Assembly (NCBI GenBank): GCA_963745235.1
Contig: CAVUXE010000058.1
Span: 32,001 to 96,000 of the forward strand
Direction of reading: 5' to 3'
Length of the DNA stretch: 64,000 bases
Source: an uncultured Spirochaetota bacterium
GTDB taxonomy: Bacteria; Spirochaetota; Spirochaetia; SZUA-6; Fen-1364
The notes beneath the pieces are model-generated. The model was not told the origin of the DNA, did not search any database, and was given only the letters and a program-made list of their open reading frames with translations. The translations under genes were made by a program, and so were the position numbers. This document shows positions 30,241 to 40,666 of the stretch, in pieces. Numbering within the stretch: position 1 is the first letter of the stretch; each line of letters begins with the position of its first letter.

Positions 30241-31559
30241 GCGCGAAGGTCCCGGGATCCCTCCCTCCCGCTCTTTCCACATAGAGAGCCTCGGTTGCGC
30301 AAAGAACCAGGTGGATTCCGAGCTGATGATGGCTGCTCTCCAGAGGAAGGGGTGGTCCCTTGCGGAGGGCCCCGAGGCTGCCGATGTCCTGATCGTGAAC
30401 ACGTGCGGTTTCATCTCCGCGGCAAAGAAGGAATCCCTCGAAACGACCCTGGAGCTCAAGGCGCGCTATCCCGGGCAAGAAGGTCATCATGGTGGGCTGC
30501 CTGAGCGAACGCTACGGGAAGGCGCTGGAGGACCAGCTGCCTGAGCTGGACGGCTTCCTTGGCAACAAGGACCCCGCCGCAATTGTGGGCCTGGTGGAAG
30601 GCACCGGCGCGGCGGCCCCCGGCACTCGCATCCCGCGCCTGGAGAGGACCCGCCTTCTCTCGTTTCCCGGGACCGCATATGTGAAGATCGCGGAAGGATG
30701 CGCCAACCGCTGCACATACTGCGCGATCCCCCTGATCCGCGGCGACCTCTCCTCCCGGCCCGTAGAATCCATCACCGAAGAGGTCCGGGGGCTTCTGCGC
30801 CGGGGAGTGAAAGAGCTCGTGCTCATCGCGCAGGACCTCGGAAGCTTCGGCTCAGACCGCGACGGGCCCGAGTTGCCCCTCCTTCTGCGGGAGATCGCCT
30901 CACTGCCCGGGCAATTCTGGGTGCGGCTCCTGTACATCCATCCCGACAAGTTCCCCCGGGGAATCCTGGACATCATGGCTGCCGACCCGAGGTTTCTTCC
31001 CTATTTCGACCTGCCCTTTCAACACGCCTCCCCCGGTATCCTTCGCGCCATGGGTCGCAGGGGAGTCCCCGAGGCGAACCTCGGGCTCCTGGAAGAAATC
31101 CGCCTCCGGCTCCCGCGGGCGGTGATTCGGTCCACGTTCCTTGTCGGGTTCCCCGGAGAATCGGATGCAGACTTCCAGCGTCTCCTCGATTTCCAGGAGA
31201 AGGCGAGGTTCGACTGGCTCGGCGCTTTCACCTATTCGCGGGAGGAAGACACCCCCGCGTATTCGATGAAAGACCAGGTTCCCAAGGCGGTTGCGGAGAA
31301 GAGGCTGCGCGAGGTCGAAAGCCGGCAGACCCTCGCGACAGCGGGAGCGCTGGATGCGCAGGTCGGGAGGACGCTCGACATCCTTGTCGAGGAGAGAGTG
31401 GACGGAGAAGACATGAGCATCGGAAGGGCATACCTCCATGCCCCCGATGTGGACGGGCTCGTGGTAGTGCGCAGGAGCCTTCCCCCGGGGGAGTGGGTGC
31501 GGGCGCGCATCACCCGTCGCAACGGGGTGGACCTCGAAGCAGAGCCGGCGCATGAGTGA
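30212..31559 (+). CDS. rimO: Ribosomal protein S12 methylthiotransferase RimO, frameshift near 30473-30476
   Basis: SLGCAKNQVDSE, VNTCGFI, VGCL, radical-SAM EGCANRCTYCAIP and TRAM APDVDG. Start uncertain. Confidence 0.93.
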
Positions 31560-33642
31560 ACCTTCCTGGCTCGAGTCACTCAACGAAGAGCAGAAAGAGG
31601 CTGTCGTTCACGAGGGGGGCCCTCTCCTCATCCTTGCGGGCGCAGGCTCGGGAAAGACGCGGGTCATCACCACGAAGATCGCCTATCTGCTAGAATGCAA
31701 GGGCCTGAGTCCGCGCTCCATCCTTGCCGTGACCTTCACCAACAAGGCGGCCCAGGAAATGAAGGGGCGCGTCCTGACCATGGTCCCGCGCGCGCAGGAT
31801 GTCATGGTCAGGACTTTCCATTCCTTCGGCGCGTGGTTCCTCCGCGTCAACGCCGCACTGGCGGGACTGACGCCGCATTTTCACATCTATGACGAGGACG
31901 ACTCACTGTCCCTCTTGAAAGGCTGCCTTGAGAATGCGGGGGACAAGGGGGCCCTGAGACAGGTGTACAACCAGATCAGCAGGGTCAAAGATTTCGCGCT
32001 GGGCGTGGATTCCCCGCCGGAGGAGATTCGGGGCCACGGCTGTGATCCCGAGCAATATCGCAGGTATGAGACGGCGCTGCGAAAGACGGGAAACGTGGAC
32101 TTCGGTGACCTGATCCTCCTTCCCATCCGCCTCATGCGTGCGCATCCCGAGGTGCGCGAGCGTACGCGCCAGAGGTTCCACGTCGTCCTGGTGGATGAGT
32201 ACCAGGACTCCAATATCGCCCAGTTCGAGCTCCTGAAGGAGCTGTGGCGACCCGAGACCTATCTTTGCGTGGTCGGGGACGATGACCAGTCCATCTACCG
32301 CTTCCGCGGGGCGGAGGTGGGAAATATCCTTTCCTTTCCCAAGGTGTTCCCCGGGACCACGATTGTCCGCCTGGAAAGGAACTACCGCTCGACCCAACCC
32401 ATCCTGGACATTGCCTCCGCGGTTGTCAGCAACAACAAGGGCAGGCTCGGGAAGACTCTCTGGACGGACAGGCAGGAGGGCGAGCAGCCCGCCGTCTACT
32501 GCCTGGAAGACCAGGAGGAAGAGGCCGAGCTGTGCTCACGGATTGTCGGCGACGGGTTTTCGGGAGACACCGCAATCCTCTACCGCATGAACGCGCAGTC
32601 CCTGCATTTCGAGAGACTCTTCCGGGAGAAGCGCATTCCGTTTCGCCTGGTCGGGACGACGGGCTTCTATTCCCGGGAGGAAGTGAAAGATGCGGTGGCG
32701 TACCTTTCTCTCCTTGCCAATCCGAACGACGAGGTCCGGTTTCGCCGGGTCGTAAACAAGCCGGGCCGGGGAGTCGGAGAGGCGAGCGTGGAGAAGATCA
32801 TTACCGAATGGCGCTCGGATGGAGGGGGGATCCCGCAAGCCTGCCGGCGCGCGGCCGGACGGCTTCCCCCCCGCGCGCGGGCGGGGCTGTCCGACCTGCT
32901 GGCACTCCTTGACGAGCTCGGGTCTGCCCTGCCTGAGACGCCGCTTTCCGAGCTGGCACGGGTGCTGATCTCCCGGGCAGGCCTCTTCGAGATGTACAAG
33001 AGCAAGGACCGCTCGGATGGCACCGCGCGGTCCCAGAACCTGGAGGAGATGGTCAGCGACCTTGCTTCCTACGGGATGGGCCCCGAGGAGCTCGTGCGCT
33101 ACCTCGAGGATGTCGCGCTGGCAAGCCCCGGCGACGAGAAGGCCGCGGGGGACGCCGACGCGAAGGTGAGCCTGATCACCATTCACAACACCAAGGGCCT
33201 CGAGTTCGACCGGGTGATCGTCACGGGCCTGGAAGAGGGGATCTTCCCGCACGAATCAAGCGACTGGGGAGAGCCGGAGGAGATCGAAGAGGAGAGACGG
33301 CTGTTCTACGTGGGGATAACGCGCGCCCGGGAAAAGCTCATCCTGACATGGTGCAGGCGGCGGCGGATCTTCGGCCGATATTCCGACATGGCCCCGTCAC
33401 GCTTCCTGGATGAGATTCCCGAAGGAGCCGCCAAGAGGCTGGGTGAGGACGGCGCAAAGGAGGTCTCCGACGAGTACGCGGTCGGAACCGGCGTCTATCA
33501 TGATGAGTACGGCCCCGGCGTGGTGGAGAGGAAATGGTATACTGACGGGACCCTCCTGGTGCAGGTCAGGTTCGAGTCGGGGAGGGTCGCGAAGTTCCTG
33601 CCGAAATACACGCGGCTGGAACGGATCAGCCTGGGTGAGTAG
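31552..33642 (+). CDS. uvrD: UvrD/PcrA ATP-dependent DNA helicase
   Basis: AGAGSGKT, TFTNKAA, VDEYQD, VGDDDQSIY, NYRS, KGLEF and EERRLFYVGITRA. Confidence 0.96.
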   Translation: MSEPSWLESLNEEQKEAVVHEGGPLLILAGAGSGKTRVITTKIAYLLECKGLSPRSILAVTFTNKAAQEMKGRVLTMVPRAQDVMVRTFHSFGAWFLRVNAALAGLTPHFHIYDEDDSLSLLKGCLENAGDKGALRQVYNQISRVKDFALGVDSPPEEIRGHGCDPEQYRRYETALRKTGNVDFGDLILLPIRLMRAHPEVRERTRQRFHVVLVDEYQDSNIAQFELLKELWRPETYLCVVGDDDQSIYRFRGAEVGNILSFPKVFPGTTIVRLERNYRSTQPILDIASAVVSNNKGRLGKTLWTDRQEGEQPAVYCLEDQEEEAELCSRIVGDGFSGDTAILYRMNAQSLHFERLFREKRIPFRLVGTTGFYSREEVKDAVAYLSLLANPNDEVRFRRVVNKPGRGVGEASVEKIITEWRSDGGGIPQACRRAAGRLPPRARAGLSDLLALLDELGSALPETPLSELARVLISRAGLFEMYKSKDRSDGTARSQNLEEMVSDLASYGMGPEELVRYLEDVALASPGDEKAAGDADAKVSLITIHNTKGLEFDRVIVTGLEEGIFPHESSDWGEPEEIEEERRLFYVGITRAREKLILTWCRRRRIFGRYSDMAPSRFLDEIPEGAAKRLGEDGAKEVSDEYAVGTGVYHDEYGPGVVERKWYTDGTLLVQVRFESGRVAKFLPKYTRLERISLGE

Positions 33643-33646
33643 GAAA

Positions 33647-34432
33647 ATGCAAGGGATGAAGGACGTCCAGGGCGGCCCGGACAGCAGGAACATGCCCATC
33701 CAGAAGGTGGGGATACGCCACATACGCTACCCGATCACCGTCCGGGACAAGAGCCGGGAGACGCAGGACACGGTGGCCAACCTGACCTTGTCGGTGAACC
33801 TCCCGCACAACTACCGCGGGACTCACATGAGCAGGCTCATCGAAGTGCTGGACCGGTTCAAGAACGAGGTGAGCTACCACACCCTCGACGTGATTCTCCT
33901 GTCCATCAAGAAGGCGCTGAACGCGGAGGAATCGCATATCGAGATCTCCTTTCCTTTCTTCCAGCGCACCCGGGCCCCGGTGTCCGGGATGGAATCCACC
34001 ATGTCCTACGACTGCCTGATCTCGGCAACCTACGCGCAGCACCTGGAGATCTCCACCCGCGTGGATGTGCCGGTGCACACATTGTGCCCCTGCTCGCGGG
34101 AGATATCGCGTGTGTCCGCGCACAACCAGAGAGGGACCGTATCGATAACCGTCGGCATGACCAAGTTCATCTGGATCGAGGACCTGATCGACATTGCAGA
34201 GACCTCCGCCTCCAGCCCGGTCTATACGCTGCTGAAGAGGGAGGATGAAAAGTTCATCACCGAGCACGCCTACGAGAACCCCCGGTTCGTGGAGGACGTG
34301 GTGCGCGAGGTCGCGCTGCGCCTGGACCCGCTCCCCGGCCTGCGCTACTACTCCATCGAAGTGGAGAACTTCGAGTCCATCCACAACCACAGCGCGTACG
34401 CGGTCATCACCAAGAGCTTCGATGGACGGTAG
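33647..34432 (+). CDS. folE2: GTP cyclohydrolase IB (FolE2)
   Basis: GTHMSRL, LCPCSREIS, AHNQR, LKREDE, NPRFVED and ESIHNHSA. Confidence 0.95.
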   Translation: MQGMKDVQGGPDSRNMPIQKVGIRHIRYPITVRDKSRETQDTVANLTLSVNLPHNYRGTHMSRLIEVLDRFKNEVSYHTLDVILLSIKKALNAEESHIEISFPFFQRTRAPVSGMESTMSYDCLISATYAQHLEISTRVDVPVHTLCPCSREISRVSAHNQRGTVSITVGMTKFIWIEDLIDIAETSASSPVYTLLKREDEKFITEHAYENPRFVEDVVREVALRLDPLPGLRYYSIEVENFESIHNHSAYAVITKSFDGR

Positions 34433-35261
34433 CCGGGCCGCCGCGGTGGTTCCTGTGGTCAAGCGGGCACGGGGATTCCGGCTCTACGATCAACAGGGCA
34501 GGCGGTACCTCGACCTCTATCGGGATGACGGCGGGGCGCTCCTGGGGCACCGAAGCGGATCCACGGTCACGCTGATGAAGTCTGTCCTTTCCCAGGGGTT
34601 GGCCGGGGCGCTCCCGTCCGTCTGGGAGGCGCGCCTCCTCGCGATGATCGCAGCCATGTTTCCCGCTCACCGCAACGTCCGCCTCTATTCATCACGCTCG
34701 CGGGCGCTGGAGGCCGTGTCCTGCTTCGAGGGAATGAGGGTCGAACCGTCCGACATCTACGACCCGGCAATCCACGCCCAGCCGCGCGGACAGCCCCGCG
34801 CGTCGCTTTGGCGCCCTTTTCTGCCGGACGGCGCTTCCCCCCCCGCCGCCCATTCGGCCCTCCTCCCCGTCCTTCCCCTGACTGTCTGCGAATCCCCGGC
34901 ACCCGTGTGCTTTCCGGAAGGGCCGCTCGTCGGGCTCTCCGACTCAGACCACCTCCCGGGCTTCGTGCTTGCCGGCGCTTTCACGGCCCTGGCTCAGCTG
35001 CGCGCGGCGCGCGCCAACCCCTTTGAGGCTCCTGCCGCCGTGCAGAAAGCCCTCGACGCCTCACGGGGCTGGGCGCGCACGGGCCCCTACGTGAGGGCCA
35101 CTTTCTCTCCCGACGAATATCCGCGCGTGCATGGCGAGTTCCTGCGCGCCGGCGTTCTCCTGTGCCCCAGGTATCCTGGCCCCAGCATCCTCCCGGGGGA
35201 GTGCTCCCCGGGAGAGGCGAGGCTGCTCGCGAAGCTCTTCACCAGCATCCCCGGAGGTTGA
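34422..35261 (+). CDS. Truncated class-III aminotransferase-like protein
   Basis: VKRARGFRLYDQQGRRYLDL...GALLGH resembles the N-terminus of class-III PLP enzymes. The rest is short and lacks DEV and Lys motifs. Confidence 0.65.
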   Translation: MDGSRAAAVVPVVKRARGFRLYDQQGRRYLDLYRDDGGALLGHRSGSTVTLMKSVLSQGLAGALPSVWEARLLAMIAAMFPAHRNVRLYSSRSRALEAVSCFEGMRVEPSDIYDPAIHAQPRGQPRASLWRPFLPDGASPPAAHSALLPVLPLTVCESPAPVCFPEGPLVGLSDSDHLPGFVLAGAFTALAQLRAARANPFEAPAAVQKALDASRGWARTGPYVRATFSPDEYPRVHGEFLRAGVLLCPRYPGPSILPGECSPGEARLLAKLFTSIPGG

Positions 35262-35263
35262 TC

Positions 35264-35563
35264 ATGGACATTACAGCCTTCTCCGTCGACGCATCGCATC
35301 TGCTGTTCGGCGCGTTCGCCACCTTCTGCGCAATCCTCCTGTGGTCGCGCACCCGGGAGATGGGGTGGACCTTCCTCATCATGGCCGTCATCATTTCCTA
35401 CGCCGACATCGTGCTGGGGACCCTGCGAACCTACGGAATCCTGGGACCGGAGCCTGTGGTGGGGCCGGGCATCCCGCTGGTGCGCATCCTGCTCGCGGAT
35501 GTGCCCCTCCTTTTCTTCGGCATAGGATTCATCATCGCCTTCGCCCGCAAGAGGACGCACTGA
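35264..35563 (+). CDS. Small membrane protein (3 TM)
   Basis: GGAGG RBS and hydrophobic segments. Closely spaced within the operon. Confidence 0.75.
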   Translation: MDITAFSVDASHLLFGAFATFCAILLWSRTREMGWTFLIMAVIISYADIVLGTLRTYGILGPEPVVGPGIPLVRILLADVPLLFFGIGFIIAFARKRTH

Positions 35564-35565
35564 TC

Positions 35566-37045
35566 ATGGCCCCCGTCCACGTCATCCCGGCGCGGGACGA
35601 GCAGAACATGGAGCAGAAGCTCGTGACCCTGCTGCTTGCCGCGGTGGAGGACAAGCCGGACCTCATCGTGTCCGTCTTTGCCGGCACCCCGGCGTTCGGC
35701 GCATATCGGTTGCTGGTGGAACGGGCGCGGGCGGAGCTCGTTGACTTCTCCCGGGTGCGCTTCGTTGTCTTCGACGAGCTGGTCCGCCCGTCCCCCGTCG
35801 CTCCGTTTCGGGCGGTTCTGGACGAACGGTTGCTCGGCCCCCTGGCCGTGCCCCCGGAGAATGTCATTGCCTTTGACCCGACGCGACGCCACGCGGATGA
35901 AACGGTCCGCATCGCAAGCTGGCTCGGCGTTGCCGGCATCGATATCGCGCTCCTCTCCGTGGATTCCCGAGGCCACATCGGGTTTCACGTCACGGGGTCG
36001 GACCTGGAGTCCAAAGCGGGGATCCTGGCGGTCCCCAACAAAGAACGCTGGGGCGCGGACAACGCCTTTTCTCTTGGCCTGGCGGATCTCCGCACTGCCT
36101 CGCGGATCCTCCTTTTTGCCGCCGGGCGCAACCTTGCCGAGATCGTGCAGCGTCTCATGGAGGGGAGCTTCGACCCGGCAATTCCGATCTCCGTCCTCCA
36201 GCGGCACGAGAACGTGACCCTCATAGCGGACCGCGGAGCGCTCTCCCGCATCGAGCGCAAGGAGCGCATCAGCGGATTCCACTCCGGCCTTTTCATCATG
36301 GACGCTGAGACAGTCCCCTCCGAGCGCCGGGTCCTCGTCATCTCTCCGCATCCGGATGATGCCCCCATCAGCCTGGGCGGGACCATGGCCATGCTCAGCC
36401 CGCGCTGCCCGGCTGGTCACCGCGGTCATGAGCACGGGCCATCGCTCTTTCATCTACGGCACGCAGCGAAGCGAGCGCATCGCAATCCGCGAAGGGGAGG
36501 TGGTCAAGGAATCACGCATCCTGGGGGTCGAGCCCCGGTTCCTGCGGCTTCCCTTCTACGACAGCAATTACGACGTCACGGAGCGCGACATCTCCGCCCT
36601 CCTGGCGCTGGTGGAGGAGCTGGACCCCGACTGGGTATTCATGCCGCACGTCCGGGATTCGCACCCCGCCCATATCGCAAGCAGGCGCATCGCGGTGGAG
36701 ACCCTGCGCCGTTTTCTCGGCGGGACGCAGAAGACCATCGAGGCGTGGAACTTCGAAGGGCCCTGGGCCCTGTTCAACCGCGGTGACTTCGACACCATCG
36801 TGACCGTGCCGCGCCTGCCCTTCGAGCGCAAGCTGCAGGCAATCCGCGCGCATGAATCCCAGGTGGCGCGAACGCCCTACGACGTGGCGGCCGAGTCCCT
36901 GGGCCGGCTGCGCGCCGCCCTGGTGCCCGAATCCGAGCTTGCCGGGTTCGGCGCCCGGCCGCCCCGGCTGGAGGCGTGGCTGGAGCTTTTCTCCCGGGAA
37001 ATCCTCCGCGGCGAGCCGGTGGCCGAAGCTCCGCCCCGGGAGTAG
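35566..37045 (+). CDS. NagB-like domain fused to a PIG-L/LmbE deacetylase, frameshift near 36400-36412
   Basis: N-terminal GTP..AY, FDEL, GHIGF and PISVLQRH. C-terminal SPHPDD, R..E, DSHPAH and KLQAIRAHESQ. Confidence 0.8.
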
Positions 37046-37115
37046 ACCCCCGGCACTGACACCGTGCGAGGCCTTTGCTGCGCCGAGGGCCAAAGGCAGG
37101 ATGGCGGCATTCTCC

Positions 37116-37158
37116 TTGACATCATCATATTACAGCCGTAATATTACGACCGTCATGA
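37116..37158 (+). promoter_or_regulatory. Sigma70 promoter overlapped by a palindromic TetR-type operator
   Basis: TTGACA(37116)-N17-TAATAT. Perfect inverted repeat ATATTAC-agcc-GTAATAT (37127-37144) and an imperfect second copy at 37141-37158. Confidence 0.7.
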
Positions 37159-37778
37159 AGGAAAGGAATCCCCGCCGGGGAGGCGAGGCAGCCGCGGAGG
37201 ACAGAAAAGGCAAGTCTCATGAGAAGATCCAGGGCGCGGCGGCCCGCCTCCTGCGCACAGACGGCATAGGAGGCGCGAGCGTCCGCAGGGTCATGGCGGC
37301 TGCCGGCATGACCGGGGGCGGGTTTTACGCCCACTTCCCGTCGAAGGCGACGTTGACGCAGGAGGCTTTCTCCTGCGCAGCGCGGGAGAAACGCAGGGTC
37401 CTTTCCGCGACGCTGGGGGACGCCCGGGGGCCTTCCTACATCGACCGGTTCCTTCGCGCTTACCTCACGCGCGATCATCGTGATGACCTGCAGACCGGAT
37501 GCCCTTACGCGGCGCTCCTCTCGGAGCTGCCCCGTTCGAGCCGGGCCGTGCGGTCCCGGGTGCGGGAGGAGTTCTCCCGCGGCGTGAAGGCCTTTGCGGA
37601 GCGGTTGGAGGGGAGGGAGCCGTCGGAAGCCCGGGAAAAGGCAATCCTTGCCCTGTGCCTGGCGTTCGGGGCGCTGGCAATGTCGAGAACGCTCGCGGAT
37701 TTTCCGGAAGGGGACGAAGTGCTGGACCTGGCTGCCGCGGGAGCGAAGTATTTCAAGGGAGTGAAGAGCAGATCATGA
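37155..37778 (+). CDS. TetR/AcrR family regulator
   Basis: SVRRVMAAAGMTGGGFYAHFPSK and YLTRDHRDD...GCP. Confidence 0.92.
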   Translation: MKERNPRRGGEAAAEDRKGKSHEKIQGAAARLLRTDGIGGASVRRVMAAAGMTGGGFYAHFPSKATLTQEAFSCAAREKRRVLSATLGDARGPSYIDRFLRAYLTRDHRDDLQTGCPYAALLSELPRSSRAVRSRVREEFSRGVKAFAERLEGREPSEAREKAILALCLAFGALAMSRTLADFPEGDEVLDLAAAGAKYFKGVKSRS

Positions 37779-39035
37779 AGAAAAGGGTTGTCGTGACGGG
37801 GATGGGGATCGTGTCGCCCCTGGGGGTCGGGCTGGAGGTCGCATGGGAGAGGCTCATGGCGGGAAGATCAGGAATCAGGGCCATCGACCGGTTCCCCGTT
37901 TCACATCTTGCATCCCGAGTCGCCGGCATGGTGCCCCTTGGCTCCGGACCGGGAGAGCTCGACCTGTCGAGCGGTTTTCCGCCCCGCGAGACGAAGCGTA
38001 ACGATCCGTTCATCTTGTACGCGCGGAAGGCCGCGGAGGAAGCCCTTGCAGATGCCGGCTATGCTCCGGAGGACACGGCGGAAAAGGAGCGCGTCGGCGT
38101 CATTGTCGGCACCGGGATAGGGGGCTTTTCCACGCTGGCAAACGGGGCCGTGGACTTCTCCGCCCGCGGGGAGACCGGGCTCTCGACATATTTCATCACG
38201 TCCCAGCTCGCCAACCTGGCGAGCGGGCAGATTGCCATTGCCCACGGCTTCGGTGGGCCGAACTTCTCTGTCATGAGCGCTTGCGCGACGGGCGCGGAGG
38301 CAATTTCCTGCGCGGCCCGCGCCATCCTCCTGGGGGAGGCGGATGTTGTTCTCGCCGGGGGCAGCGATGCCGCGGTCCATCCCCTGTCGATTGCCCGGGT
38401 TCACGAAAATCCACGCCTTGAGCACCCACTGGAACGACACCCCGCAGCGCGCCTCACGGCCGTTTGACTCCGAGCGGGACGGTTTTGTCCTGGCGGAAGG
38501 AGCGGGGGTCCTCATCCTGGAGGACCTTGAGCACGCGAAGGCGCGAGGGGCGCGCATCCACGCGGAGCTTGCAGGGTACGCTTCGGTGAGCGACGCCTAC
38601 CACATCACCGCCTCCCACCCCGAGGGCCTGGGGGAGCAGCGCGCGCTGCGTCTCTGCCTGCAGCGGGCAGGGATCCCGGCAGACAGCGTGGACTATCTCA
38701 ACGCCCATGCCACGGGCACACAGATAGGAGATGCGGGAGAACTGCACGCCATCATGAGGGTGTTTGGCAGCGGGAGCAGGCCTGCAATCTCCTCTACGAA
38801 GGGCGCAATGGGGCACACCTTCGGGGCCGCGGGGGCCATCGAGGCAATCATCTCCGTGATGTCGATCACGCACGGAGCGTGCCCGCCGACCCTGAACCTC
38901 GAAAAGCCGGACGAGGAGTTCGCGGGCCTGAACCTCGTGCCCTGCACGCCCCAGGAACGCCCCGTCCGCGTGGCCCTTTCGAACTCCTTCGGGTTCGGCA
39001 GCACGAAAGTGGCCCTCGTGTTTTCCCGGTTCTGA
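37775..39035 (+). CDS. fabF: Beta-ketoacyl-ACP synthase II, frameshift near 38394-38396
   Basis: RVVVTGMG, SACATG (Cys), SRPFD..RDGFV, DAYH, NAHATGT, STKGAMGH and SNSFGFG. Confidence 0.92.
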
Positions 39036-39040
39036 TGCAA

Positions 39041-39063
39041 AAGGCCCGGGGGGGCCGGGCCTT
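39041..39063. terminator. Putative bidirectional intrinsic terminator between fabF and the ferredoxin gene
   Basis: AAGGCCCGG-N5-CCGGGCCTT between convergent genes. Confidence 0.65.
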
Positions 39064-39081
39064 CTCTTCGCAAAGGGATTT

Positions 39082-39267
39082 CTACTCGACGATAATGGCT
39101 TCGGCAGGGCAGTCGGTTGCGGCGTCCTTCACCACGTTCTGGAGATTGGCCGGAACCTCGGGGTTGATGACCTCGGCGGCGTCTTTTCCCATCTTGAAAA
39201 CCTGCGGAACCGCGTCCGTGCACAGGCCGCAAGCGGTACAGAGGTCCGGGTCGATTCGCACCTTCAT
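39082..39267 (-). CDS. Monocluster ferredoxin
   Basis: CTACGLC...DCPAEAI, 61 aa, AAGGAG RBS. Confidence 0.93.
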   Translation of the reverse strand: MKVRIDPDLCTACGLCTDAVPQVFKMGKDAAEVINPEVPANLQNVVKDAATDCPAEAIIVE

Positions 39268-39484
39268 GCGTTGCTCCTTTCGTTGTTGATTTTCCGCCGC
39301 GGTTGCGGCGTGAGCTCCACAATACCTGATTCCGGCCCATTGCACAAGCCGCACCGGAATGGGAGTGGCCGCGCCGGAGTCGAACGACACGAATGTCACT
39401 CGCGCCGGGGCCGCCTTATTGACACCACGGCATATTTTGCTATTCTTTGCAGAGAAACAAAACAATACGAACCGGAGGCTTCAC

Positions 39485-39742
39485 ATGATCGCTTTGACCA
39501 TAGGCATTGTCCTCATACTCTTCGCTGTTTACTCCGTCCTTCCGGTCTCCTGGGGTCTGCAGTGGTGGGCGGAGGTCATCCAGTTTCTCAAAGGCGGAGT
39601 GCCCATCCTGGCGGTCTTTGTCGGCCTCATAGCGTTTTTCGTCGGCATTGCGGACATCAAGGACAAGAGAGAAGCCAAGAAGGAAGAGGAAGAGGAAAAG
39701 GCCGAGAAGAAGGAAGAAAAGAAGGCGGATGAGAAGAAGTGA
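39485..39742 (+). CDS. Small membrane protein with Lys/Glu-rich tail
   Basis: GGAGG RBS, upstream TTGACA-N16-TATTCT, two TM helices, and GIADIKDKREAKKEEEE. Confidence 0.8.
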   Translation: MIALTIGIVLILFAVYSVLPVSWGLQWWAEVIQFLKGGVPILAVFVGLIAFFVGIADIKDKREAKKEEEEEKAEKKEEKKADEKK

Positions 39743-39827
39743 AGCTCTTGACATTCCCGGACCGATGTGTCACGGTACCCTTCCTGCGGCTCCGGAGCCG
39801 CATTTTTCACGGAAGGGTTGAGCACAG

Positions 39828-40259
39828 ATGAAAACCATATTTGTCAAGCCGGATGAGGTGGAGCGCAAGTGGTACCTCATCGACGCCGAGGGCAAGGTCC
39901 TGGGCAGGCTGGCGTCCCGGGTGGTGGGGATCCTCCGGGGCAAGAACAAGCCTGAGTTTTCCCCTCACTGGGACCTCGGTGACTCGGTCATCATCGTCAA
40001 TGCGGACAAGATCCGGGTCACGGGCCGCAAGCCGGCTCAGAAGATGTACTATCGCCATTCCGGATACCCGGGTGGCTTCCGCGCGGAGCCTTTTGAGAAG
40101 GTTTTCGCGCGCAAGCCGGCCTGGCCACTGGAGCGGGCAATCCAGGGCATGCTCCCCAAGGGAGCCCTGGGGAGAAAGATCTTCAAGCACCTGAAGGTCT
40201 ATGCGGGGCCCGAGCATCCCCACGTTTCCCAGAAGCCCGTCAAGCTGGAAATCAGCTGA
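39828..40259 (+). CDS. rplM: 50S ribosomal protein L13
   Basis: [28 protein letters not shown] and GMLPK. Confidence 0.98.
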   Translation: MKTIFVKPDEVERKWYLIDAEGKVLGRLASRVVGILRGKNKPEFSPHWDLGDSVIIVNADKIRVTGRKPAQKMYYRHSGYPGGFRAEPFEKVFARKPAWPLERAIQGMLPKGALGRKIFKHLKVYAGPEHPHVSQKPVKLEIS

Positions 40260-40273
40260 AAGAGGAGAATGCT

Positions 40274-40666
40274 TTGGTAAAGAACCTTGCAGTCGCAACA
40301 GGCAAGCGCAAGACATCCATAGCGCGCGTATTCCTTCGTGACGGAGCCGGAAAAATAACCGTGAACGAAAAGTCGGTGGAAGAGTATTTCGCGGGGCTTC
40401 TCACGGCCCAGAGCGTGCTCGCTCCTCTGGAGGTCACCAGCAATACCGGCAAGTTCGATGTGCTCATCCGCGTCAGCGGCGGCGGCGTGTCCTCCCAGAT
40501 AGAGGCGTGCAGGCACGGGCTGGCTCGGGCTCTCAACGCGTATGACGCGTCCAACCACACCGCCCTGCGGGCAAACGGCTTCCTGACCAGGGACCCGCGC
40601 ATGGTGGAAAGGAAGAAGTACGGCCAGGCCGGTGCCAGAAGACGCTTCCAGTTCTCCAAGAGATAG
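40274..40666 (+). CDS. rpsI: 30S ribosomal protein S9
   Basis: TGKRKTSIARV and LTRDPRMVERKKYG...QFSKR. Confidence 0.98.
   Translation: MVKNLAVATGKRKTSIARVFLRDGAGKITVNEKSVEEYFAGLLTAQSVLAPLEVTSNTGKFDVLIRVSGGGVSSQIEACRHGLARALNAYDASNHTALRANGFLTRDPRMVERKKYGQAGARRRFQFSKR

Noticed and set aside
39360-39386. Minus-strand GTTCGACTCC...CCA resembling a tRNA 3' end
   Set aside because: No pairing T-stem, acceptor stem or anticodon arm can be built.
39660-39742. Purine-rich GAA/AAG repeats
   Set aside because: They encode the Lys/Glu-rich tail of a membrane protein and are not a DNA repeat element.
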